A DNA stretch of 64,000 bases from an uncultured Clostridia bacterium (lineage in GTDB: Bacteria > Bacillota > Clostridia > Christensenellales > UBA1242): assembly GCA_947632645.1 (NCBI GenBank), contig CANRQB010000003.1, positions 10,482-74,481 of the forward strand. Reading direction: 5' to 3'. Shown here in pieces: positions 8,662-16,968 of the stretch (positions are counted from its first letter, which is position 1; each line of letters begins with the position of its first letter). Both the position numbers and the translations under genes were made by a program. The notes under the pieces are model-generated. The model saw only the letters and a list, made by a program, of their open reading frames with translations. It did not search any database and was not told where the DNA came from.

Positions 8662-9030
8662 ATGCATTACTATCTTAACAAAATTAAAACTAAACAATTG
8701 GTGCATTTTTTTAAACAAGAAATACCAAAAAAAGTTAAAAAAGCAGCATTGTATAGCTACAATAAAAAAACCGATACAATTTTAATGATTTTTGAATTGG
8801 ACGATAATAGTTTTGCAATTGGAGAATTTTCTCCTTACAGCGCAAAAATTTCCGCAGCAGAAAAATACGATGAGGAATTTCATATAAGCGTGCTATTAAG
8901 CAAGGCGACCGTTAAGTGGCAAGATTATTTGTTTGAAATTATCGACAATAAAGAGTGCTACAACTACGACTTGGGCAAATATTATAGAGATCATCCAGAC
9001 AATACAGAGTATAATCCATATAATTTGTAA
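8662..9030 (+). CDS. Hypothetical protein, paralog B
   Basis: The in-frame ATG at 8662 is preceded by GGAGGA (8653-8658), so it is preferred over the track start at 8644. AALYSYNKKTDTILMIFELDDNSFAIGEFSPY aligns with VESYEYNKEDDVVIIEFLCLDNKVVRGEFYPF in paralog A. Confidence 0.6.
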   Translation: MHYYLNKIKTKQLVHFFKQEIPKKVKKAALYSYNKKTDTILMIFELDDNSFAIGEFSPYSAKISAAEKYDEEFHISVLLSKATVKWQDYLFEIIDNKECYNYDLGKYYRDHPDNTEYNPYNL

Positions 9031-9036
9031 TTTTGT

Positions 9037-9065
9037 TTGACAAAAATTTTAGATTATTGTATAGT
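9037..9065 (+). promoter_or_regulatory. sigma-A promoter TTGACA-17-TATAGT
   Basis: TTGACA at 9037-9042 and TATAGT at 9060-9065. Confidence 0.55.
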
Positions 9066-9179
9066 TTAATTTGGAAACCAATCCGCCAAATAGAGAGGGG
9101 GTATGTTCGGCCTTAACGAACACGTGGGAGGGCAAGTCGAGCCCAATTAACCACGCCATAATAAATAAAAGGAGATTTT
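9066..9179 (+). promoter_or_regulatory. Candidate structured 5' leader of the rplK-rplA operon (possible L1-binding mimic)
   Basis: A GC-enriched ~110-nt leader in an AT-rich context. It has the hairpin GTTCG-gccttaa-CGAAC, and GUGGGAGGGC resembles the 23S L1-stalk GGUGGGAGGC element as I recall it. Confidence 0.3.
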
Positions 9180-9620
9180 ATGGCAGCTAAAAAAATTAAA
9201 GCGGTTGCAAATCTTCAAATTCAGGCAGGTAAAGCCACCCCAGCACCACCAGTTGGTAGTAAACTTGGGCCATTTGGCATAAACATTGCCGGGTTTGTTA
9301 AAGAGTTTAACGATAAAACCGCAAGCATGGCAGGGTATGTAATCCCTTGCGTAATCACAATCTACGAGGATAGAAGTTTCACTTTCATCCTTAAAAAACC
9401 ACCTGTTGCAGATTTAATTAAAAAAGAAGCAGGTATCGAAAAGGGTACGGATAAAAGCCGTAACAAAGTTGGTAAACTTACCAAAGAACAATGCAAAAAA
9501 ATTGCAGAACTTAAAATGCCAGACCTTAACACCACCGATTTAGAGTCAGCTATGAGTATGGTTGCAGGCACTGCAAGAAGTATGGGCGTTGTAGTGGAGG
9601 GCTATCATGACAAAAAGTAA
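9180..9620 (+). CDS. rplK: 50S ribosomal protein L11
   Basis: [44 protein letters not shown] is a canonical L11 N-terminus. Confidence 0.95.
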   Translation: MAAKKIKAVANLQIQAGKATPAPPVGSKLGPFGINIAGFVKEFNDKTASMAGYVIPCVITIYEDRSFTFILKKPPVADLIKKEAGIEKGTDKSRNKVGKLTKEQCKKIAELKMPDLNTTDLESAMSMVAGTARSMGVVVEGYHDKK

Positions 9621-10299
9621 AAAATATCAAGAAGCTTTAGCCACCTTAGAAAAGGGTAAAGTTTACGAAGCCAAAGAAGCTATGGTAGCAGTTGTTGGCA
9701 CAAGCAAAGCAAAATTTGACGAAACTGTAGAACTTCACGTAAAACTTGGCGTTGATGGCCGTAATGCCGATCAACAAGTGCGTGGTGTTTGCGTGTTGCC
9801 AGAAGGTACTGGTAAAAATGTTCGCGTGTTGGTTATTGCCAAAGGCGACAAGGCAGAAGAAGCCAAAAAAGCAGGTGCAGACATAGTTGGTGACGATGAA
9901 ATTATTGCCAAAATTATGTCGGGCAGCTGGCTAGATTTTGATGTGTGCATCACCACTCCAGACATGATGGGTGCACTTGGCAGATGTGCGCGTATATTGG
10001 GGCCTAAGGGCTTAATGCCAAACCCAAAAAGCGGCACAGTAACTATGGATGTAACAAAAGCTATTAAAGATGTTAAAGCCGGCAAGGTAGAATATCGTCT
10101 AGATAAGCAAAATATCATCCACGTTCGCATAGGCAAGGTAAGTTTTGGTGCAGACAGATTGTATAACAACCTAACCGCTGTTATGGGCGCAATAATCAAA
10201 GCAAAACCAGCCGCAGCAAAGGGCACATATCTAAAATCTGTGTACGTTGCAACCACAATGGGCCCAAGCGTAAAAGTTAACTACACCGATGCAAAATAA
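9607..10299 (+). CDS. rplA: 50S ribosomal protein L1
   Basis: [24 protein letters not shown]...[13 protein letters not shown]...[25 protein letters not shown]. Overlaps the rplK 3' end by 14 nt. Confidence 0.95.
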   Translation: MTKSKKYQEALATLEKGKVYEAKEAMVAVVGTSKAKFDETVELHVKLGVDGRNADQQVRGVCVLPEGTGKNVRVLVIAKGDKAEEAKKAGADIVGDDEIIAKIMSGSWLDFDVCITTPDMMGALGRCARILGPKGLMPNPKSGTVTMDVTKAIKDVKAGKVEYRLDKQNIIHVRIGKVSFGADRLYNNLTAVMGAIIKAKPAAAKGTYLKSVYVATTMGPSVKVNYTDAK

Positions 10300-10300
10300 T

Positions 10301-10326
10301 AAGATAGCCAAGTGCTATCTTTTTTG
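10301..10326 (+). terminator. Intrinsic terminator after rplA
   Basis: AAGATAGC (10301-10308) pairs with GCTATCTT (10314-10321) around a 5-nt loop, followed by a T-run. Confidence 0.7.
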
Positions 10327-10463
10327 TTTGCCTTTTTGTTTTATATTTGGTATAATATTAGTGTTAAAAATTTAATTTATTTTTGCCACAATTTATTGCC
10401 TTGTTTGTTAGCCAAAAAGTTGTTTATTTGTGGCGGTAAATTTTGTTTTAGTAAGGAGAAAAT

Positions 10464-10892
10464 GTGGAGATTAAAGTAAAATATTTTGCGGATATTCAAC
10501 CGATAGAAATTTTTGAAGACAAGGGAGATTGGATAGATTTGCGCTGTGCCGAGGATGTGGAGTTAAAGCAGGGCGAATTTAGGTTGCTGCATTTGGGTGT
10601 GGGTTTTAAACTGCCTAAGGGTTATGAAGCTATCATTGCACCACGCAGCAGCACATATAAAAATTTTGGTATAATTCAAGCGAACAGCATTGGTGTTGTG
10701 GACGAAAGTTATTGTGGCGATAACGACGAGTGGCGGATGCCTGTTGTTGCCTTACGTGACACAGCAATTCATAAAAATGACCGTATCTGCCAGTTTAGAA
10801 TTATTAAGCATCAACCTAAATTTAAAATTGTTAATGTGGAGCATCTGGACGCAATTTCTCGCGGAGGAATAGGATCTACTGGCAAGCAATAA
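10464..10892 (+). CDS. dut: Trimeric dUTP diphosphatase (YncF/YosS type)
   Basis: GTG start 5-6 nt after [56 protein letters not shown] and the C-terminal RGGIGSTG closely follow Bacillus YncF. Confidence 0.9.
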   Translation: MEIKVKYFADIQPIEIFEDKGDWIDLRCAEDVELKQGEFRLLHLGVGFKLPKGYEAIIAPRSSTYKNFGIIQANSIGVVDESYCGDNDEWRMPVVALRDTAIHKNDRICQFRIIKHQPKFKIVNVEHLDAISRGGIGSTGKQ

Positions 10893-11040
10893 AAATTTTT
10901 AAAAATCAACTTTTTTGCAAAAAATTTTAATGTTTTTTGCATTTTTTTTAATTTTTGTCATGTTTTGGATAAATTTTCCTAAATTTTTTGTAACATTTTT
11001 ATGTAAACATTAATACAATATATAATTAGGTTTTTCATCT

Positions 11041-11057
11041 ATACCGATAGGGGGTAT
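11041..11057 (+). promoter_or_regulatory. CsoR-type pseudo-palindromic operator candidate ATACCGATAGGGGGTAT
   Basis: The ATACC/GGTAT arms and internal G-tract resemble the B. subtilis copZA CsoR box as I remember it, and the site at 61033-61048. It lies about 30 nt upstream of the 11088 start. Confidence 0.4.
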
Positions 11058-11087
11058 GGGTGTAAAAATTTTATTAAAAGGGGAAAT

Positions 11088-11537
11088 ATGTATCACTATG
11101 CACTTTTTAAATATGCCAAATTAGACGAGCACATTCCCGCCGATTTGGTGGAAATTAAATCTAGGAAGCTAAGCGAACTAACCTATCCAAATTTAGACAT
11201 AGCACCATATTGCTATTGCATTAAAATTTTTGATAGCGACAGCCAGGTGGAAATACAAAACTATAGAGCGGCAAAAAAATTTAACGAACAAACCATAAAC
11301 ATTGCCGAGCCAGTTTTTCGCTATGACGATGGCTCGCTTTACACGCGCTCGGGCAGGCTGCAAGATGAGCCATTTAAACAGCAATATAGTCAACTGATTG
11401 GCTGGGTTACATACAAACAATATATTTTAAAACCAAAATACGGTAATTTTTTGTTTATTGCAACCAAATCGGATTGGCTGCAAAATCCTAAACGCATCGA
11501 CGAGGGAGGGCTTGACATCTCTCCACTAAAATTGTAG
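11088..11537 (+). CDS. Hypothetical protein (149 aa)
   Basis: ORF with AGGGGA SD. No family recognised. Confidence 0.55.
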   Translation: MYHYALFKYAKLDEHIPADLVEIKSRKLSELTYPNLDIAPYCYCIKIFDSDSQVEIQNYRAAKKFNEQTINIAEPVFRYDDGSLYTRSGRLQDEPFKQQYSQLIGWVTYKQYILKPKYGNFLFIATKSDWLQNPKRIDEGGLDISPLKL

Positions 11538-11566
11538 AAATTTTATAAAAAATTTTAAAAATATTA

Positions 11567-11594
11567 TTGACAATTATGCTTTTTGTGATATAAT
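11567..11594 (+). promoter_or_regulatory. sigma-A promoter TTGACA-16-TGaTATAAT
   Basis: TTGACA at 11567-11572 and TATAAT at 11589-11594, with an upstream TG. Confidence 0.6.
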
Positions 11595-11633
11595 GTACAC
11601 GCTACACACTGTTAACTTAAGGAGAATTTTTAC

Positions 11634-12014
11634 ATGAAAAAAAGAATAGCATCGGTGCGCTATGCAGATGGATCGCGCTCAGAAATGCAAATAATTGGAG
11701 ACGATATTCAAAGTGTTAGGTTATCTAAAGAAGCAGTTCAAATTTTTATAACTGATAGTTTTTGCCAACTAGATAAACCACCAAGAATAATTAAACGCTT
11801 TGTTATTGGCATAAAATACCCTGTTAAGCAATTGCGCAAAAGGTTTAAAAATGATATCAATAAAATAGAACAATTAAAAGATCTGCCAGAAAATTCATAC
11901 ATGGCTTTATGCTCTAACGACATTATACTTGAGCTAAATAAAAAAGATATCATTATTAACCCAGACAATATTGTTAATGGCTACTATCGCGAACCAGAGG
12001 GTATAAAACGTTAA
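11634..12014 (+). CDS. Hypothetical protein (126 aa)
   Basis: ORF with AAGGAGA SD. No family recognised. Confidence 0.55.
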   Translation: MKKRIASVRYADGSRSEMQIIGDDIQSVRLSKEAVQIFITDSFCQLDKPPRIIKRFVIGIKYPVKQLRKRFKNDINKIEQLKDLPENSYMALCSNDIILELNKKDIIINPDNIVNGYYREPEGIKR

Positions 12015-12060
12015 TATTGCTTATAAGCAATATTTTTTTATTCGCTTTTACATGATTTTG

Positions 12061-12089
12061 TTGACTAAAATTTAACGATATGGTATACT
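12061..12089 (+). promoter_or_regulatory. sigma-A promoter TTGACT-17-TATACT
   Basis: TTGACT at 12061-12066 and TATACT at 12084-12089. The track ATG at 12080 lies inside it. Confidence 0.6.
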
Positions 12090-12109
12090 TTTTTTGTTTA
12101 GAGGAATAT

Positions 12110-14671
12110 ATGTTAAGCGTAAAAAATTTAACCAAAATTTACAAATTAAACAAAAAGAAAGGTGGGCTAGAAGTTGTTGCCCTAGATAATGTTTCTATCG
12201 ATTTCCCCGAAAAGGGCTTGGTGTTTTTGCTTGGCAAAAGCGGCAGCGGAAAATCTACTCTTTTAAACTCGATTGGCGGGCTAGACACTTTTGATAAGGG
12301 CGAAATTATAATTAAGGGTAAATCTAGCCGCAATTTTAAGCAGCGCGATTTTGATAGTTATCGCAACACTTTTATTGGCTTTATCTTTCAGGAGTATAAC
12401 ATCTTAGACGAGTTTACTGTGGGCAAAAATTTGGCATTAGCACTAGAACTGCAGGGCAAAAAGGCAGATAGGCACACAGTAGAAAAGTTGCTAGAGCAGG
12501 TGGGTTTGGCAGGCTATTATAAGCGCAAACCGAACCAACTATCTGGTGGGCAAAAACAGCGCGTGGCAATTGCGCGTGCGCTTATTAAAGAGCCAGAGAT
12601 AATAATGGCGGACGAGCCAACCGGTGCGCTAGATAGCAACACGGGCAAACAGGTTATGGAAACGCTTAAAAAACTAAGCCAAACCAAACTTGTTATTGTG
12701 GTTTCGCACGATAGGGAGTTTGCCGAATTTTATGGTGACCGCATAATAGAACTTAAAGATGGGCATATAATAAGCGACACAACAAAAAAAGAGGTTCAAT
12801 CTGCAAAAGTTAATTCGAATGTAAGTGTTATAGATAAAAATATAATTCATATAAAGCAGGGGCAAAAATTAACCGATAAGGATGTTGAAAACATAAACAA
12901 AATTCTCACCAAAAAGGATGGCGACATTTTTATAAGCCTGGATAATAACACAAATAAAGAACTTAAGCGTGCAGCTAGCATAACCGATGATGGCAATCGC
13001 GAAGTGTTTAAAGACACCGAGCAGGACGACATTGTAACCAAAGAGTATAATCCAAAAGATTTTAAGCTTATACGCTCTCGCTTTAAATTTAAGGATTCGT
13101 TTAAAATTGGTGCTAGCAGCCTAAAACACAAACCAATAAGGTTAATTTTTACTATTCTATTATCAGTTTGTGCATTTTGTATGTTTGGTTTGGTTAGCAC
13201 TTTTGCCAGTTTTAATAAAACTGATACCATGGCGCAAACACTGCACGAACTTGGTACCGAAACAGTGGTAGTAGACAGCGAGCGCCCAATTTTTGATGAA
13301 GAGTATACAAAATTAACTATTCAAAATTCATCTCATAAAATACTACCAGTAATACACAAACGTCAACAATTAAATTATAAATATCGTCCAAATCCAGAAT
13401 TGTATCCGGATAGGTATACCTCTAGTTATATAGTTGTGAATGGCATAACTTATATGGACGCCGATATTGCAAACTCATTGGGTTTAAAGCTGGATCAAAC
13501 CACTTTTCCAAATGGACATTGGCCGCAAAATGCAAATGAAATTTGCCTTACTCCTGATCAGTATGCAGAGATAAAAAATCCTGTAAGTGACAACTACACA
13601 ATACTGCTTAACGATGTTACTTTACAAATAGTAGGGGTGTATAATTCTAATGTTAACTTAAAAGAACTTAACAAAAATCCTACAACAAATCACAATAAAA
13701 TTTACATGGAAGAAAAATATGGCTTTAGCGACATTGCTTTAATTAATAAAGACACATTTGATGCCATAAGTGCAGAAAATGAAGTTTCTGACGTTTATTA
13801 TTATTTGAAACGTTATAATAGTGATCAGATTGATGACTCTAACCGTATTTATGCTTATCCATTTTCAAAAATTGATAGTTATTACATTCAGTGGAAAGAT
13901 GGGGTGAATAAAGATAATTTAAAACCAAATCAAATAATTGTTTCATCATCGTATTTTTATGATTTTGATTTTGGCGGTGTTAACCCTAACGCAAAGGATT
14001 TAATAAACAGTGGCCTAACAGTATCAATAGATATGCGTAACGAGTTTACATTTGAAATTGTTGGATATTCTAGTAACGGATATACCTTTATTGACGATGA
14101 GGTTTATAAGTACAATTATTATGGCTACGATTTTGCGATTGTTAAACTTAACAAAAACAATAGCGACAAAACCTTGGTTAAAAATGTGCTTAAAATGGGT
14201 GACGGCATCGATGTGGTGTGTGAATTTAGCGACACTATAAATATGTTTTCTGACACATTTAATACAACTAAGCAAATATTGTTATATGTTGCATTTGGCT
14301 TTGCCCTGTTTGCAATGCTTATGCTTATGAACTTTATTGCCGTTAGCATAACCTACAAAAAGCACGAAATTGGAATACTTCGAGCAATTGGTGCGCGCGG
14401 CAAGGATGTGTTCTTTATGTTCTTCTGGGAGGCCTTCTTAATCTGCATAATTAACTTTGTGCTTGCCACAATTGCTTGTGGGGTTTGTTGCTTCTTTATC
14501 AATCGAGCACTTACAACCGAACTTAATGTGGTGTTTAAAGTGTTGATGTTTGGTTTGCCACAAATTGCACTTATTTTTGCAGTAAGTTTTGTAACTGCGG
14601 TGCTATCAAGTTTAATCCCAGTTTGGCGCATAGCCCGCAAAAACCCAATCGATAGCATCAACAACCGATAA
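12110..14671 (+). CDS. Fused ABC transporter ATP-binding protein / FtsX-family permease (MacB-like)
   Basis: Walker [10 protein letters not shown], signature [15 protein letters not shown], Walker [13 protein letters not shown]. The C-terminal FtsX-type TM bundle includes [24 protein letters not shown] 12110 follows GAGGAA. Confidence 0.85.
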   Translation: MLSVKNLTKIYKLNKKKGGLEVVALDNVSIDFPEKGLVFLLGKSGSGKSTLLNSIGGLDTFDKGEIIIKGKSSRNFKQRDFDSYRNTFIGFIFQEYNILDEFTVGKNLALALELQGKKADRHTVEKLLEQVGLAGYYKRKPNQLSGGQKQRVAIARALIKEPEIIMADEPTGALDSNTGKQVMETLKKLSQTKLVIVVSHDREFAEFYGDRIIELKDGHIISDTTKKEVQSAKVNSNVSVIDKNIIHIKQGQKLTDKDVENINKILTKKDGDIFISLDNNTNKELKRAASITDDGNREVFKDTEQDDIVTKEYNPKDFKLIRSRFKFKDSFKIGASSLKHKPIRLIFTILLSVCAFCMFGLVSTFASFNKTDTMAQTLHELGTETVVVDSERPIFDEEYTKLTIQNSSHKILPVIHKRQQLNYKYRPNPELYPDRYTSSYIVVNGITYMDADIANSLGLKLDQTTFPNGHWPQNANEICLTPDQYAEIKNPVSDNYTILLNDVTLQIVGVYNSNVNLKELNKNPTTNHNKIYMEEKYGFSDIALINKDTFDAISAENEVSDVYYYLKRYNSDQIDDSNRIYAYPFSKIDSYYIQWKDGVNKDNLKPNQIIVSSSYFYDFDFGGVNPNAKDLINSGLTVSIDMRNEFTFEIVGYSSNGYTFIDDEVYKYNYYGYDFAIVKLNKNNSDKTLVKNVLKMGDGIDVVCEFSDTINMFSDTFNTTKQILLYVAFGFALFAMLMLMNFIAVSITYKKHEIGILRAIGARGKDVFFMFFWEAFLICIINFVLATIACGVCCFFINRALTTELNVVFKVLMFGLPQIALIFAVSFVTAVLSSLIPVWRIARKNPIDSINNR

Positions 14672-14676
14672 ACAAA

Positions 14677-14699
14677 AAATTTGGCGAAATGCCAAATTT
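14677..14699. terminator. Bidirectional intrinsic terminator
   Basis: AAATTTGGC (14677-14685) pairs with GCCAAATTT (14691-14699). The hairpin is flanked by an A-run and a T-run and sits between convergent genes. Confidence 0.7.
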
Positions 14700-14707
14700 T
14701 TTTACTT

Positions 14708-14950
14708 TTATTTATAAATTTCGTCCATGTCGTCAAAATATGTTGGTGCAAAAAATTCTTTCAAAGTTATATTTGAACCTGCGCAAATCTTTTTTATTGT
14801 TATAACTTTTGGGCATTTACTTTTACCATTCATAAAATCAAAGATTGTTGATGGTGTAATGTTAGAATTTAAACAAAGTGCAGTTAAAGTTGTTTTGTTT
14901 TTATCAACCAATTCATCAATTCTTTTTCTAATTGCATCATCGATATTCAT
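14708..14950 (-). CDS. XRE-family helix-turn-helix transcriptional regulator (80 aa)
   Basis: Short HTH_3-like protein: TTLTALCLNSNITPSTIFDFMNG. Confidence 0.7.
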   Translation of the reverse strand: MNIDDAIRKRIDELVDKNKTTLTALCLNSNITPSTIFDFMNGKSKCPKVITIKKICAGSNITLKEFFAPTYFDDMDEIYK

Positions 14951-14958
14951 AAATTATC

Positions 14959-15201
14959 CTAATCGACATCCAAATTTTCAAGGTTAAAAATCTTGTCATT
15001 AAAGAAATCATGTAACGACATGTTTAGTGCAATGCAAACTTTTACTATTGTTGAAAAATGTACATTCTCGTTCACTTCATTAAAAATATATCGCAAGGCA
15101 GAGTGAGTTAAGCCGCTCTCTTTTTCTAAACGATATTTTGAAATGTGTTTTTCATTTAAAATTTTGCTTAATCTCATAGCAAATGCTTTATTTAAATTCA
15201 T
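14959..15201 (-). CDS. XRE-family helix-turn-helix transcriptional regulator (80 aa), tandem paralog
   Basis: ISKYRLEKESGLTHSALRYIFNE fits the HTH. Same length and C-terminal (D/E)FF motif as the neighbour. Confidence 0.7.
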   Translation of the reverse strand: MNLNKAFAMRLSKILNEKHISKYRLEKESGLTHSALRYIFNEVNENVHFSTIVKVCIALNMSLHDFFNDKIFNLENLDVD

Positions 15202-15254
15202 TTTTACTCCTAATAAAGTGCAATACCTTTAAGGTAAATATAATGCCCTTATAC

Positions 15255-15283
15255 TTGACATTATATATGTAAACCTTTATAAT
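15255..15283 (+). promoter_or_regulatory. sigma-A promoter TTGACA-17-TATAAT
   Basis: TTGACA at 15255-15260 and TATAAT at 15278-15283. Divergent from the XRE pair. Confidence 0.6.
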
Positions 15284-15321
15284 ATAAGTGAAGTATACTG
15301 CACCTAATAGGAGGGTTTAAT

Positions 15322-15876
15322 TTGAAATCATGTTGCTTTATTGGGCATAGAAAGATTGATGCGGATGATAATCTTAAAAAATCGATAACCGATTGTGTAA
15401 AAAATTTAATAAGTGTTGGGGTGGAGGTTTTTGCGTTTGGCAGCAGGAGTGAATTTAATGATTTGTGTTATGATGCTGTTAGCGAATTAAAGAGCAGTTA
15501 TCCAAACATAGTGCGGGTAAATTTTACTTGTGCACACGAAGCGTTTATATCACAAGCGGATAAACAACGAGTGGAACAAACTTTTAATAAAGTGTTTAAT
15601 AGAACGGCAAATTTTCAAGCATTTGAACAAGAAATTGAACATAAAAATAAATACACAGCGGGCAAGGGCGCATACATTGAGCGCAACTATGCCATGATAG
15701 ATTATTGCGATATTTGTGTGTTTTACTATAACAAAAACTACATGCCGCCCATACGCAAACATAGCAAACACGATTTGTTGCCATACCAGCCAAAAAGCGG
15801 CACCGAACTAGCATACAAATATGCCAAACAAAAACATAAAAAAATAATAAACTTATATAAAATAAGCAAAAGATAA
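15322..15876 (+). CDS. SLOG-superfamily protein (DUF1273 / YpsA-YoqJ-like)
   Basis: N-terminal CCFIGHRKI signature. TTG start 6 nt after AGGAGGG. Confidence 0.6.
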   Translation: MKSCCFIGHRKIDADDNLKKSITDCVKNLISVGVEVFAFGSRSEFNDLCYDAVSELKSSYPNIVRVNFTCAHEAFISQADKQRVEQTFNKVFNRTANFQAFEQEIEHKNKYTAGKGAYIERNYAMIDYCDICVFYYNKNYMPPIRKHSKHDLLPYQPKSGTELAYKYAKQKHKKIINLYKISKR

Positions 15877-15927
15877 AGATAAATTTAAAAATACAAATAT
15901 CATTATTACTATTGTAATAATTTTTAT

Positions 15928-15965
15928 AACTTTAGTTATTAAAATTGCAACTAAAGTTTTTTTGT
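15928..15965 (+). terminator. Intrinsic terminator
   Basis: AACTTTAGTT (15928-15937) pairs with AACTAAAGTT (15949-15958), followed by a T-run. Confidence 0.6.
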
Positions 15966-16039
15966 TCTTTCACTTGGTTTTTTGGTGACTTTATCCCATA
16001 AAAAGTAAAATAAACTTTAACAAAAAAATCAAAATCAAA

Positions 16040-16083
16040 ACAAAAACAAAAAAGCCCAGTTAGCTTAGGCGTTTGTCTGGGCT
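16040..16083 (-). terminator. Intrinsic terminator of dnaI overlapping its stop codon
   Basis: On the minus strand, AGCCCAG (16083-16077) pairs with CTGGGCT (16059-16053), followed by TTTTTTGTTTTTG. Confidence 0.5.
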
Positions 16084-16968
16084 TGTAAGGTTGATGTTTA
16101 TGGATAGGCGCTTGTTTACTAGGCGGCTGAAAATGCGCTCGTCGTAGCGGTCCAACAGGTTGTTAAGGTCCAGGTTGGTGGAAATTACAGTTGGCAGGTG
16201 GTTACTTTGTCGGGTGTTTATAAGGTTGTATAAATACTCCTTTGTAACATTTTTAAGCATTGGCTCGCTGCCCAAATCGTCTATAAACAGCACTTCGGCC
16301 TGCAAGCAGTTAGAAAAATCGTAACTTTTGCCAATGTGATATTGCCGTGCCAGTTCGTTTAATTCAAACGCGGTTTTAAAGCAAATGTTGTGCCCGGCCG
16401 CCATAAGCGCATTTGCCATGCACTCGAGTAGAAAGGTTTTGCCCGCGCCGCTTGCACCCAAAATATTTATGTTAATTTTTGTGCCATTAGGATATTTTTC
16501 GCACCAAGTTTTAAGTAGGTCGCGCGTTTTAAAATCTTGCTCGGTCATAATGCTATCGTCGCAATCGGCAAACGATTTAAACTTGCTTTTACCCGACATC
16601 AATATGGATTTTTTGCTGTTTAACGCACTTAGCAAACAGTTGCACATTTTACCGTTTACAATGCCCGTGTCGTTGCAGATAGGGCATTCGTATTTTGGCT
16701 GCAGGTTGGATTTATCTATGTTATTTTTTTCCAAAAAAGCTTCTAACTGTGCTTTTAAATTTTCCACTTCGCTTTTAAGCGCGCTGTTTTCGCCCGCAAA
16801 TTTGCTGCGAAGATATGCCAAATTTTTGCTGTTGTAGGCGGTGTATAGTTTGTTAAATTCGTCGTTTTGGCACATGGCTTGAATAAACGCTTCGTTTTCG
16901 TCCAGCGCACGCACGCGTTTTAGCATAAATGACTGCTTAACTTCTTGTAGTATCTTTTGATTATCCAT
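16060..16968 (-). CDS. dnaI: Helicase loader DnaI (DnaC-like AAA+ ATPase with N-terminal zinc module)
   Basis: CPICNDTGIVNGKMCNC, Walker A GASGAGKTFLLECMANAL, Walker B VLFIDDLG. Its ATG overlaps the stop of the upstream DnaD-domain gene. Confidence 0.75.
   Translation of the reverse strand: MDNQKILQEVKQSFMLKRVRALDENEAFIQAMCQNDEFNKLYTAYNSKNLAYLRSKFAGENSALKSEVENLKAQLEAFLEKNNIDKSNLQPKYECPICNDTGIVNGKMCNCLLSALNSKKSILMSGKSKFKSFADCDDSIMTEQDFKTRDLLKTWCEKYPNGTKININILGASGAGKTFLLECMANALMAAGHNICFKTAFELNELARQYHIGKSYDFSNCLQAEVLFIDDLGSEPMLKNVTKEYLYNLINTRQSNHLPTVISTNLDLNNLLDRYDERIFSRLVNKRLSININLTSPDKRLS

Noticed and set aside
12080-12109. Track start codons at 12080, 28858 and 1151 for the ABC, gatC and lipid-kinase-like genes
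   Set aside because: Each lies within the -10 or spacer of a consensus sigma-A promoter, so it would not be transcribed as part of the mRNA. In-frame downstream starts (12110, 28894, 1169) were chosen instead; 12110 and 28894 have an SD, while 1169 has none and is interpreted as a leaderless start.
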